64,000 bases of DNA from an uncultured delta proteobacterium (GCA_963850305.1 CAWKKR010000001.1:640001-704000), one strand, 5' to 3'; counted from the stretch's first letter, positions 1-9,931 are shown. The notes: generated by a model not told the origin, from the sequence alone. Numbers and translations are program-made.

Positions 1-230
1 ACGCGGAGCGGATGGAATACACGGTGATCGGCGACGCCGTGAACCTCGCTTCGCGGCTCGAGGGCATGACCAAGGAGCTCAAATGCGACATCATCCTCTC
101 CGAAGACCTGTTCAAGCAGGTCGAGGCGGAGGTGAACGCCGAGCCACTGCACGTGATCAAGGTCAAGGGGCGCGACCAGGAGGTGATGGTGTATCGGCTG
201 CTCGGGCTCAAGATTCGTTCGAGCTACTAG
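1..230 (+). CDS. Adenylate/guanylate cyclase domain protein, C-terminal part (gene starts before the window)
   Basis: EYTVIGDAVNLASRLEG and VKGR motifs of the class III nucleotidyl cyclase catalytic domain. Confidence 0.9.
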   Translation, partial: AERMEYTVIGDAVNLASRLEGMTKELKCDIILSEDLFKQVEAEVNAEPLHVIKVKGRDQEVMVYRLLGLKIRSSY

Positions 231-324
231 GAAAGGGGGGCGTTGCCCGCCCCCCGGGGCTTGCGGCGGTGGCGAGGTCACGGGACGTGGGTCTCGATGG
301 AGCGACGCGCGGCCCAGCGAACCT

Positions 325-1065
325 TCAATGCTCAGTCAGCGCGGCGCGGATCTTCTCGACGACAGCGGTTTTCCGGCCGTCGGTCAGACGTGAACCGTCA
401 AGCTCGCGGAGGCGGAACTCGTCGCAGGCGGTGCCGGCGAACGTCGCGATGTTCGAGTGCGCGATGCTGAACCGCTCGCGGAAGATCGCGAGCGTGATTG
501 CGAGGAGGATGCCTGGGCGGTCCGGCGTCTCGACGAGAAGTAGCTCGGGGTCGTCGTCGCGGAAATATACTGCCGTCCGAGCCGGACGCGAGGTGTTCGG
601 GGGGTGCCGTTCGATGCGAGGGATCGGCACCTCGCCGCGTAGAAGCCCGGCCATCGAACCCCGGATCGCGACGAGTTCGTTCGCGTCGATCGGAGCGTTG
701 TGGGGCGTGCGCAGGCGCCGCACGAGAAAGAGATCGACGGCTTCTTCGGACCTGCCCGCACGGCGACGACCGTAGATGCGGGCAGCGAGCACATCCAGCG
801 ATTGGGCGGCGAGCGCGGCGGATAGCAAGGACAGGAGTCCGGGCTTGTCGTCGGTAACGACGCAAAGCCACGTCCCGTTCCCCCCTTCGGCGGGGCCCGG
901 ACATGACTCGACGTGCACCAGCGCTCCACCGCGACGCCCGACGATCGCGGAGTGTGCTTCGATCTCGGAAGCCGCGTGCCGCCGTCGGTACGTGTCCGGC
1001 ATGGCGTCCGCGAACGCTCTCACGGTATCGGGCATCGTCGGACGGCGCGAGGCTGGGCCGTTCAC
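325..1065 (-). CDS. Stand-alone tandem ACT-domain protein resembling the C-terminus of GlnD (start may be ATG at 1035)
   Basis: Two ACT signatures, 'VVTDDKPGLLSLLSAAL..LDVLAARI..AVDLF' and 'VETPDRPGILLAIT..FSIAHSNIATF..DEF'; no nucleotidyltransferase or HD domain. Confidence 0.8.
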   Translation of the reverse strand: MNGPASRRPTMPDTVRAFADAMPDTYRRRHAASEIEAHSAIVGRRGGALVHVESCPGPAEGGNGTWLCVVTDDKPGLLSLLSAALAAQSLDVLAARIYGRRRAGRSEEAVDLFLVRRLRTPHNAPIDANELVAIRGSMAGLLRGEVPIPRIERHPPNTSRPARTAVYFRDDDPELLLVETPDRPGILLAITLAIFRERFSIAHSNIATFAGTACDEFRLRELDGSRLTDGRKTAVVEKIRAALTEH

Positions 1066-1198
1066 GGATTCACCGAGCCATCGGAGGCGCCCATAGCCCT
1101 CCGACTCTGCCAGAGCCCTTGATTCCGGCCTGTTTCTCGCTCATTGCCGCACGGCGCCGTGCGAGCACCCGGATCTCCGCGGGTCGTATGGGCCCAGA

Positions 1199-1441
1199 AT
1201 GCGAACGGCGTCGCCCCCGCAGAAGGCCGTGCTCGTGAAGCTGCTGGAGCCCTCCGACGTTTCACCATATTCCCGCCGTGTCGCTCCATCCCTCGTCGTT
1301 CGCCCCGCCAGAGCTGCAGCCCCGCGCCGGCTCCAGCCGCAGCGCGGTTTCGTCTACGCGAAGGTGGAATGGGCCGGCAAGCCCGATCGCCCTGCGATTC
1401 ATGTCTATGTTCGGCCGCGCCGGGGCGCGCGCGGCACTTGA
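1199..1441 (+). CDS. Small hypothetical protein
   Basis: 80-aa ORF in an intergenic gap with protein-like composition; no recognisable motif. Confidence 0.3.
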   Translation: MRTASPPQKAVLVKLLEPSDVSPYSRRVAPSLVVRPARAAAPRRLQPQRGFVYAKVEWAGKPDRPAIHVYVRPRRGARGT

Positions 1442-1711
1442 ACCCAGGCTCGTTCGCGGTTCGAGCGTTATGTCGCCGCCCGGCTGGACCCTTTGCCTTC
1501 CTTGGCCTCGATTGAGGAACTGCGCCCAAACAATTGACCATGGACGCCGACGAGCACCCAAAGCACTTCTGTTCGTGTCTTGGAAGAAGCATCGGGTCGT
1601 GTCTCGTCGAATCGCACGGCGCTCGGGGCGTTCATCGTGAGTGACGCGACGGGAGGCGACACTGCGTAGCGGGGCGGTGAGGAAGCTCCCGAAGTAAGGA
1701 GTCGAGGCCGC

Positions 1712-2014
1712 TTGCTTTCTTGGTCGAAGCGTTCCGTCCGTTGGCTCGTGCTTGCCGCAGTCGTGATCGCGGCCGCGAGTATCCCCGTCGTCCGTCACGT
1801 GCGCGATCGTCGATGCTTGGATCTGTTGGTACGATCGTGTGACGAACCGGGCATGCGAATCCCGGATTGGTGCCCTCGGATGGACGTCCTTTGCACGGTG
1901 GAACCGCCCAGGAGGCCGTCGCCATCGCCGAACACGATGCGGAAGCCGTCTGCGGTTCATGACAAGACGACGTGTGCCTGCACTCCAGGCGACCCGCTAT
2001 GCTCGTGCCTGTGA
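1712..2014 (+). CDS. Small membrane-anchored Cys-containing hypothetical protein
   Basis: N-terminal hydrophobic segment; C-terminal 'CACTPGDPLCSCL' tail of a type I recall from myxobacterial proteins. Confidence 0.55.
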   Translation: MLSWSKRSVRWLVLAAVVIAAASIPVVRHVRDRRCLDLLVRSCDEPGMRIPDWCPRMDVLCTVEPPRRPSPSPNTMRKPSAVHDKTTCACTPGDPLCSCL

Positions 2015-2397
2015 ACCTCCGGGGCTCCACGATGGCGCGCGAGGCATTGCGAAACGCGAGAAGATGATGAAGGGAATGTCGGCCCGCGGGGGCACTCTGC
2101 TGGTCGCCATCGGCGTCAGCGCTTGCACCAGACGCGCGCCATCTATCGCGTTCGTCTCTCGCTCCCGGACTGCGCTTCCGTCGCCTCCGGCTCCGTCAGC
2201 CGGAACCCGGATTGCGTCCGGACAGCGTCTTCGCTCTCGGAGGCTTTGTCTCTGCGCGATCGGTCCGCGTCGTTGCGCTTCCCGGTCTGTGTCCTCGAGG
2301 CACCCGGTTTACGTCCCCCCAGGACCGAATCTGTGATTGAACAGAGCCGGACCTGTAACCAAGGGTCCCGGTGGTCACCCAGGCACCCGGTCGCTCA

Positions 2398-2841
2398 CAC
2401 GTCTCGAGCGTCGAGAGGCATGTCTCGAGCGTCGAGAGGCATGTCTCGAGCCTCGAGAGGCATGTCTCGAGCCTCGAGAAGCGCGTCTCGAGCGTCGAGA
2501 GGCACATCTCGAGCGTCGAGAGGCACGTCTCGAGCCTCGAGAAGCACGTCTCGAGCCCCGAGAAGCACGTCTCGAGCCTCGAGAAGCACGTCTCGAGCCT
2601 CGAGAAGCACGTCTCGAGCGTCGTGAGGCACGTCTCGAGCCTCGAGAAGCACGTCTCGAGCGTCGTGGACACGTCCGTCGGCGTCGAGAAGCACGTCTCG
2701 AGCCCCGAGAGGCACGTCTCGAGCGTCGAGAAGCACGTCTCGAGCCTCGAGAAGCACGTCTCGAGCGTCGTGAAGCACGTCTCGAGCGTCGTGAAGCACG
2801 CCTCGAACGTCGAGAAGCACGTCTCGAGCCCCGAGAGGCAC
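2398..2841. repeat. Tandem array of 21 x 21-bp units (consensus CACGTCTCGAGCSTCGAGAAG)
   Basis: Counted directly; no indels; translates as heptad repeats (HVSSLEK / REARLEP). Confidence 0.97.
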
Positions 2842-2870
2842 GACGACGCGCTAAAGTCGGGGCCCTGAGA

Positions 2871-3629
2871 ATGAACGCACGTCGCAGCGGGGGGCTTACG
2901 TTAGGGCTTCTGATCTTGTGCCGATCCGCGTCTGCCGGCCCTCCGTTCATCACGGACGATCCGGAACCCATCGAGTATCGCCACTGGGAATTGTACGCGG
3001 CGTCGATGACGTTCCACGACTCGAGCGGATGGACCGGGACCGCGCCGCACTTCGAGGCGAACTACGGGGTGGTCCCGAACGTCCAGCTCCACGTCATCGC
3101 GCCCCTCGCCTTCAACGTCCCCGCGGGCGAAAGCGCGCAGTACGGCTACGGGGACATGGAACTTGGCACCAAGATCAGATTCGTCCAGGAGGGTGAACGG
3201 ATGCCGCAGATCGGCACGTACCCCATGCTCGAAGCGCCGACGGGTTCCAAACGCCTCGGTCTCGGCAACGGAACCGCACAGCTCTTCGTCCCCCTCTGGC
3301 TCCAGAAAAGCTTCGGTCCGTGGACAACTTACGGCGGCCCAGGTTTCTGGATCGATCTGGGGCGCCCGGAGCGGCACTGGTGGTACTTCGGCTGGGAGGT
3401 CCAGCGGACGATCATCGACGGGCTCTCCCTCGGCGCCGAGGTGTTCGATTTCACGCCTCAAGAGAAGGGCGCCGAGAATGACCTGCGGTTCAATGTCGGT
3501 GCGATCATCGACATCAACGACACGCATCACCTCCTGATCTCCGCGGGACGGGGGATCGTCGGGCCCAACTTGTTTCAAAGCTACTTCGCCTATCTCGTCA
3601 CGCTCGGGCCATCGGGGTCGAAGCCGTAG
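2871..3629 (+). CDS. Putative outer-membrane beta-barrel 'transporter' (MetA-pathway/CphA-like)
   Basis: Signal peptide followed by 'AGPPFITDDPEP..HWELY', 'GYGDMELGTKIRF' and alternating amphipathic strands; ATG at 2871 just after the repeat array. Confidence 0.75.
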   Translation: MNARRSGGLTLGLLILCRSASAGPPFITDDPEPIEYRHWELYAASMTFHDSSGWTGTAPHFEANYGVVPNVQLHVIAPLAFNVPAGESAQYGYGDMELGTKIRFVQEGERMPQIGTYPMLEAPTGSKRLGLGNGTAQLFVPLWLQKSFGPWTTYGGPGFWIDLGRPERHWWYFGWEVQRTIIDGLSLGAEVFDFTPQEKGAENDLRFNVGAIIDINDTHHLLISAGRGIVGPNLFQSYFAYLVTLGPSGSKP

Positions 3630-3804
3630 GATGGTGCCCAAGGCCCCCCTCGGAGGCGATCGCGGGGATTGAAACGCAAGGCGATCGATTCACTTCGTTG
3701 ACGGAGTTGTTTCTCAAAAGTCGCCCAGCACCCCATGAGGGATCGGTAGCGTCGCCACCTACACCGCAGCCCGCGGTGAGAAAAGGTAGGCGAGCAAGAT
3801 GTCG

Positions 3805-6250
3805 ATGAAGCGTTCGCGCGGCTATCGCGCGATGATGATGACGGGACTTCTGGGTGTGGCGGGTGCAATCGGCTGCAGCTCCGGGGACAGCGGCGCCGGG
3901 CCGGCGGTCACGGGAAACCTCGGAACCGTGGGGGTGGATCTGCGAGATCGCGCCGGGAATCGCCCTCGGCACGGTGTCGTATTCGATCGCGGGCAACGGC
4001 TATCAAAAGTCGGGTAGCATCAATGTCCAGAACAGCTCGGTCGTCGACGCGATCATCGGGGGCATCCCGGTCGGCACGGGTTTCACCCTTACCCTGAGCG
4101 CGACGGATTCGAGCGCCGCCGGCCTCACCTGCAGCGGCTCGGCAGAGTTCAACGTCGTGGCCGGGAGCACCACGTCCGTGCGGATCAGCTTGACCTGCTC
4201 CGCTCCGAAGAAGACTGGGAGCATCGCCGTCAACGGCACCGTCAACGTGTGCCCCTCGGTGGACGGCCTCTCGGTAAGCCCCTCCGAGACGACGGTGGGG
4301 CAAAGCGTCTCTCTCATCGCGACGGCCAGCGACCTCAATCAGGGGCCGTCCCCGCTTTCGTACGCGTGGAGCAGCACTGGCGGGTCGCTCACGAACGCAA
4401 CATCGGCGTCTCCGACGTTCACTTGCACCACCGTCGGAGTCGCAACGGTCCAGGTCACGGTCTCCGACGGTGTCTGCAGCGACTCGGCGAGCGCCACCAT
4501 CTCGTGCGATGCCGAAACCGACGCTGGAGTGGGAGCGGGAGGCGCGCCTGGGACGGGGGGCGCGTCGTCGGCGGGAGGTGCGTCGAGCGGCGGCGCTCCC
4601 GCGGCACTGAGCTTCAGCCTGGACAGCGGAGCGACGGTCGACGCCGTGAAGATCAACCAAGGGACGGCCATCGGCGAGGGCTCGCTCAACGGCGCGACGC
4701 CGTCGACGCTGACCAACCTGGCCGCCGACCCGAACAACACGCAGACCATCACGAGCGCGACGAACCCGTTCAGCTCCGAAGGGCACCGTGCCCGACACCG
4801 GCGCCGGCTTCTGCGACTACTCGGGCGCGCACGCCCAAGCGCATCACGTACGTCACCGGCGCGAAGTTCGAGACGACCGCCCGGCACCGGGCACCGACCC
4901 GATGGTGCCGATGGCGCCGTTCTACTTCCCGCTCGTCTACAACACCGACGAACACGACCGACGGGCAACGCGTTCGGCGGCAAGCCGCCCATCATCGGCC
5001 TCTTCGACTGGCGCCCGAAGGACATCGACGAGGCGCTCGTCGCCGCCGAGTCCGACGACAACGGCAAGACCTGGTACTTCATGCAGACGGTCCTCGAGCT
5101 GAACCCGGACTACACGAACCCGATCAGCGGCGGCTACTCGGCGACGGCGACCGCGACCGGCTGCCCGCCGACGGTCGACGGCACGAACGCCAGCCACACC
5201 TCGGCCAACGGCTCCAGCGCCGACGACGGCTGGGGCCACGCGGCCATCCTCCAGCTCCCCGGCGCCGGGAACGTCAAGACCGGGCAGTTCCTCTACATGC
5301 TCGACCGCAACCCCGCGCAACGTCGATGTCGCGCCGCTCTGCGTCATCAACCTCGCCGGTTCGTCGAACAAGTTTCCCGATCTGGAACACGAACAACACG
5401 AGCCCGGGCAACAACGACATCAAGTCGATCAGCACCGCGCTGAACAACACGCCCGGCACCGCGGACGCCGGTCACCGTGCAGCAGACCGTGGGGCTCCTG
5501 AACCCCGACGGCATCATGGCCGTCTTCCCGACGGCGCCGACCGCCGCTGCCGGGCTCGCCGGTGACGTGCTCTACGTGCAGAAGATCCTCGACGGCGACA
5601 ACACCGGCGCGACCGCGCTGCCCGCGGCCGCAGCAGTGCACCAAGGCGCCCTTCAGCGGCAAGACCAACCACGACATCTCGAACGTGCGCCTCGCGACCA
5701 CGACCGACGGCGTGCACTTCACCGATCTGCGGCATCGTGAGCGGCCTGAACGACCCGACGACGGTCGACTACACCAAGACGCGCTGGATCAGCCCGCGCG
5801 GCACGCTCCTCGACATCAACGGCGACGGCAGCCTGTGGGGCATGCTACTTCTCCGGCGGCAACTGCCTCGACGGCGACTCGGACGCGTTCCACTACATCG
5901 GGTACGCCGAGTCGACCGACAAGCTGCACTGGACCGTCTACAACGACATCAACAACCCCATCGCGTCGATCAACACCATCACGACGACGAACCAGGCGGG
6001 CGGCGCGACGGTCACGGTCCTTCCGCGCATGCGCCGGTCTTCCCGACGCAGCCGTGGTTCGCGCGAGCGCCTCTACGCGCCGACCGCGACGCAGATCGAC
6101 TCGACTCACCTCAGCATGACGTTCGCCGGCTACGGCGTGCAGACGCCCGCCAACGATCTGCTCGACTACCGACAGATCGGCAACGTCGTGCTCACGGTGA
6201 GCAAGGCGCTCGCCGGCCGGCGTGCCGAACAACATCAACACGCACTGACG
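3805..6250 (+). pseudogene. Large lipoprotein with Ig/PKD-like N-terminal domains and a beta-propeller (sialidase/GH43-like) C-terminal domain, broken by many frameshifts (pseudogene or sequencing error)
   Basis: Lipobox 'GAIGC'; PKD-like 'LSYAWSSTGG..VTVSDG'; Asp-box 'ESDDNGKTW'; 'ATTTDGVHF', 'YAESTDKLHW'; coding sense continues across successive frames. Confidence 0.7.
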
Positions 6251-6313
6251 AGACAGCGGGATCGCCTCGTCTACCCGTAAGCTCGTTCCAGTGCGGTTTG
6301 CACTGACGCGGGC

Positions 6314-7165
6314 TTACGGGAGCGGTCCCTCCATGCGCATCAACGCTTCCAGCTCCTGCTCGGGCAGAACGAAGCCGAGCGCGCGCAGCGACGGCACGAT
6401 GGACTCGGTCACGGCATCGCGGGCGAGCGTGACGTAGCGCGAAGGTTCCATCCAGCCGAGCTCGCGGACCTGCGACGCGGTCCATTTCGGCGGGTCGACG
6501 GCGATCCGCGCGGCACGTTTCCAGAGCAAGGCGTAGGGGCCGAGTGCGGACACCGCGACGGCGCCCAGACGGCGCTTCTCGGCGTCGTCGAGACGATCGC
6601 CGGCCCACTCGAAGTAGAGACTGCCGAACCGGCGATGCCGCGCTTCGTCCCGGAGGATACTCTGATAGACGCCGTGGACGAGGGGGTGGGTCGTTTCACG
6701 CATCATGGGTACCGCGGTCTCGCTCGCGAAACGCTCCGCGATGCACCCGACCCGAACGGCGAGCTCGTTCGCGCGCTGAAACGGCGTGAGCCCGGAGGCG
6801 GTCACCGGAGCGAGCTGCGCCGCGTCGATCTTCCTGGGAGCCGCGCCGCCGAGCTGCATGAGCAACCGGGCGGCGAGCTCCACGTGATGCACTTCGTCCG
6901 CGAGAAAGTCCGAGGTCATGCCGATGAGATCGAGCGGTGCCCGCGCCGCGACGAGCGCGCCCACCACCTCCGAGAAAGCGGAGATGGCGGCGTATTCACT
7001 GACCGCAACGCCCGTCCACACTTCGCGCGCGCCGACGAGCAGCGACTCGGAGTACTGGCGCGCATCGAGGCTCTCCCAGACGAAGTCGCCTTCGGGGCGA
7101 GCTTTGCGAAAGTGATGCTCGGCAACGCCGCCGGACCATTCGATCGTGAAGAGCGCCTCACCCAT
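6314..7165 (-). CDS. Ferritin-like diiron domain protein
   Basis: E..ExxH..E..ExxH ligand pattern: SEYAA, DEVHH, AERFASE, DEARH. Confidence 0.85.
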   Translation of the reverse strand: MGEALFTIEWSGGVAEHHFRKARPEGDFVWESLDARQYSESLLVGAREVWTGVAVSEYAAISAFSEVVGALVAARAPLDLIGMTSDFLADEVHHVELAARLLMQLGGAAPRKIDAAQLAPVTASGLTPFQRANELAVRVGCIAERFASETAVPMMRETTHPLVHGVYQSILRDEARHRRFGSLYFEWAGDRLDDAEKRRLGAVAVSALGPYALLWKRAARIAVDPPKWTASQVRELGWMEPSRYVTLARDAVTESIVPSLRALGFVLPEQELEALMRMEGPLP

Positions 7166-7652
7166 TTCCGGTGCCGCCGCTCCCCGGAGGACGAATGATG
7201 ACGCCGAGGACGAAGCCGCCAGCGCCAGGCGCGCCGCCGGCGCCCGGGTCGGGAACGAGGCCGCACACGTGACCGCCGCAAGCGCCGAGATGGGGTCCGC
7301 CGTCCGGCGGCGCGCCCGCGTCCGCTGCCCCGCCGTCCGTCGGCGGCGGCGCGATGACCGAGCCGCACACCTGGCCGCCGCAAGGATCAGTGACGGAGCC
7401 GCCTGTCCCAGGAGGCACCGCGATCGAGCCGGAGATCGCGCCTCCTGTACCCGGTGGATAGGCGACGACGCCCGGGCAACAAGGACCTTCGGTACTGCCT
7501 CCGCTTCCTGCGGGAACCGCTACCGATCCTGGAGGCACCTGCGTCGATGGCTCCGAGGAACTTCCCGAACCGGAAATTCCCCCGCACGCGGGTAAGACCA
7601 CCGCGGTGGACGCGATCGAGAGCAACAAGAAGGACGTTCTTCGTTTTGCCAT
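7158..7652 (-). CDS. Gly/Pro/Cys-rich lipoprotein-like peptide with internal repeats, overlapping the ferritin-like gene
   Basis: Lipobox 'VLPAC'; repeated G-x-[VI]-x-x-P(P) units; 8-bp overlap with the next start codon. Confidence 0.7.
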   Translation of the reverse strand: MAKRRTSFLLLSIASTAVVLPACGGISGSGSSSEPSTQVPPGSVAVPAGSGGSTEGPCCPGVVAYPPGTGGAISGSIAVPPGTGGSVTDPCGGQVCGSVIAPPPTDGGAADAGAPPDGGPHLGACGGHVCGLVPDPGAGGAPGAGGFVLGVIIRPPGSGGTGNG

Positions 7653-7902
7653 CTTCTGCCTTCCCGCTCCGGGTAAAACCCCAGGAGCGCAAGTCTCGCG
7701 CGACGCGTGTCGACGCGGTCACCTCTCGCCATGCAGTGCGATTAGCGTGCCACGTGCACCCGCGAAGTACACGCGACATCGCACGACCCCGAACCTGGCA
7801 CGGTGTGCCAGAGCACGACATTCGGATCCGCCTCGTGGTTTCATTGCCTCGATGGAGGCTTCGCGGGTACTGACGGTTCCAGTCTCGAGAAACCTCACGA
7901 CC

Positions 7903-8424
7903 GTGCGACTGCGAACGAACCTCTTCTTCTGCGCTGCCGGCCTCTCGCTTGCGCCGGGATGCCACTCGCGTACCGATCGAACGAAAGCGCCGGATTCCGG
8001 TGGCACCGGCGGCACCCAGTTCGTCATCACGACGCTGCCCACGTGCCCGGACGCGAGCATCGACGCCGGAGCCCACGTCCCTCCCGCGCTGGACGGCGCA
8101 ACGTGCGTCCCGGGACGAACGGTCTCCTACACCGCAGACGTGGTGCCGATTTTCGCCCGGAACTGCGCCACGGGTGAGATTTGCCACCAGGGCGCATGGG
8201 ACGGGCCGAACGCCGCTGAATTTCTCGTGGGCATCCGGGCCTCCGAGTGCTGCGACGGGAGGGAGCTGGTCCAACCCGGTAATCCGGCCCGGAGCTACCT
8301 CATCGAAAAGCTGCGGGGGGTGGATCTTTGCACCGGAGTTCAAATGCCCGCTGGCGGAACTCTGCCAAGCGAGGACCTGGCGACGCTCGAAGACTGGATC
8401 TGCGAAGGTGCCCCGAACGAGTGA
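7903..8424 (+). CDS. Lipoprotein with planctomycete-type cytochrome c-like domain
   Basis: Lipobox 'LAPGC'; 'VSYTADVVPIF..CATGEICH..VQPGNPARSYL..KL..MP..DWICEGA' matches this family pattern. Confidence 0.75.
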   Translation: MRLRTNLFFCAAGLSLAPGCHSRTDRTKAPDSGGTGGTQFVITTLPTCPDASIDAGAHVPPALDGATCVPGRTVSYTADVVPIFARNCATGEICHQGAWDGPNAAEFLVGIRASECCDGRELVQPGNPARSYLIEKLRGVDLCTGVQMPAGGTLPSEDLATLEDWICEGAPNE

Positions 8425-8480
8425 TTCGTTGCGACCTTCTTTTGAAGGTTCCGTACCGAAAAGACGAACGTTCTAGTCGT

Positions 8481-9359
8481 ATGCCCGTCGTCCTTGCACA
8501 GCCCGCCCGCACCGACCGCGCTTGCGACATCGTCGTCGACCCGAGCACACCTGCCTCCCCCTGGCGAGACGCCGTCGAGCGCGCACGCGTCGAGCTCGCC
8601 AAGAACGGCGAAGCATGCCGCACCGCGCACCTGACGATCGACGGAGACGGTGCAACGCTGGAGTTCATGACCCGTGATGGACGGCTCGCGGTTCGCCCCG
8701 TAAGACAGCCTGACGAGCTCGTGCCGACTCTCGACGCATTGCTCGTGCCCTTGCCCGCGCCGGCGCCGACGCCGACCATCGCGGAAACGTCCCCGACGGA
8801 ATCTGACAAGCCAACTGGCCAGACTCCGCCGGACAACCCTTCGGCAAGCCTTCTCCTCAGCGCGCTGGCGGGTGGACGGGTGAGTGCGCCGGATGGATAC
8901 CTATCCTTCAACCTGGCGCTCGGCGCGTCGCTCATTCTGAAACACTGGGAGCTTGGCATCGTCGCCCAAGCAAACCCGGCGTACCGCCACCTCGACGATG
9001 ATGACCTGCCGAACGCGCGACTGAGCGATATCGGTGCGGGCATCATCGCGGGACGGCGGATCCCGCTGGGCGACGTCACCGTCATTGCCGGCGGCAGCTT
9101 GTCCGCCTCCATCCTGCACGAGAAGTGGAGCCCGGCCATCGGTGACCCGGCGGAACAAGAGGCCGAACGCGGCCAGGCCCTGGTTGGGGTCTTCGCGAGC
9201 GCAAGCTTTCCCGCGCACTGGAGTACCCGCTTCCGCACGACGCTTTCGGGCGACGTCGACGCGACGCACTTGGGGGGCGCCATCCCGACACCTGGCGACC
9301 CAGTCCTGCCCTGGTGCGGATTCACGCTCGCGATGGGCGTCGAGAGCGGGGCATTTTGA
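8481..9359 (+). CDS. Hypothetical envelope protein with C-terminal beta-strand-rich (barrel-like) domain; first gene of ECF triad 1 (start uncertain)
   Basis: Stop overlaps the sigma start (TTGA); paralogous to 30471-31445; ends in aromatic residue. Confidence 0.7.
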   Translation: MPVVLAQPARTDRACDIVVDPSTPASPWRDAVERARVELAKNGEACRTAHLTIDGDGATLEFMTRDGRLAVRPVRQPDELVPTLDALLVPLPAPAPTPTIAETSPTESDKPTGQTPPDNPSASLLLSALAGGRVSAPDGYLSFNLALGASLILKHWELGIVAQANPAYRHLDDDDLPNARLSDIGAGIIAGRRIPLGDVTVIAGGSLSASILHEKWSPAIGDPAEQEAERGQALVGVFASASFPAHWSTRFRTTLSGDVDATHLGGAIPTPGDPVLPWCGFTLAMGVESGAF

Positions 9360-9931
9360 AGACCCTCGCTCATCGAGCGGACCGTTCCACGGAAGATCCC
9401 GAGTTGCTCGGCCAGATCGGCAAGGGCGATCTCGAGAGTCTCGGCGCCTTGTTCGATCGGTATGCTGCGGACGTTCGCCGGTTCCTCCTGCGCCTCGGGA
9501 CCTCCAGGGCCGACGTGGACGACCTGGTTCAACTGACGTTCCTGGAGGTGTCTCGCGCCGCACGGAGCTTCGACGGACGCATCTCGGCGCGTCCCTGGCT
9601 GTTCGGAGTGGCGGCGACGATCGCGCGGCGTCATCGGCGTTCGCTCTCGAAGATGCTGGGCCGCCTTCCCGAGTTCGCGATGCTGTTCCGGTCACGCGAG
9701 CCCGAGACGCCCGCGGACTCGCTCTCGGGCAAGCAGGCCGAGGAGCGCGTCGCACGCGCACTCGCGGCCCTGTCCGAGAAGAAGCGCGAAGTCTTCGTGA
9801 TGGTGATCCTCGAGGGTGCGTCGGGCGAGGAAGCAGCGCTCTCGCTCGGCATCCCGGTGAACACGGTCTGGACGCGTTTGCATCACGCCCGCCGCGAGCT
9901 GCGCGAGCATCTCTTCGAGGAGGGATCGTGA
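9356..9931 (+). CDS. ECF RNA polymerase sigma factor
   Basis: Region 2 'DVDDLVQLTFL..FDGRISARPWLFGVA'; region 4 'EEAALSLGIPVNTVWTRLHHARREL'. Confidence 0.93.
   Translation: MKTLAHRADRSTEDPELLGQIGKGDLESLGALFDRYAADVRRFLLRLGTSRADVDDLVQLTFLEVSRAARSFDGRISARPWLFGVAATIARRHRRSLSKMLGRLPEFAMLFRSREPETPADSLSGKQAEERVARALAALSEKKREVFVMVILEGASGEEAALSLGIPVNTVWTRLHHARRELREHLFEEGS

Noticed and set aside
2064..2340. Lipoprotein gene starting MMKGMSARGGTLLVAIGVSAC
   Set aside because: Plausible lipobox but the downstream sequence is uninformative in all frames; cannot support a call
2337..2870. Repeat-encoded N-terminal extension of the barrel protein (430-aa ORF)
   Set aside because: A signal peptide begins at ATG 2871; the upstream frame is open simply because the repeat lacks stops
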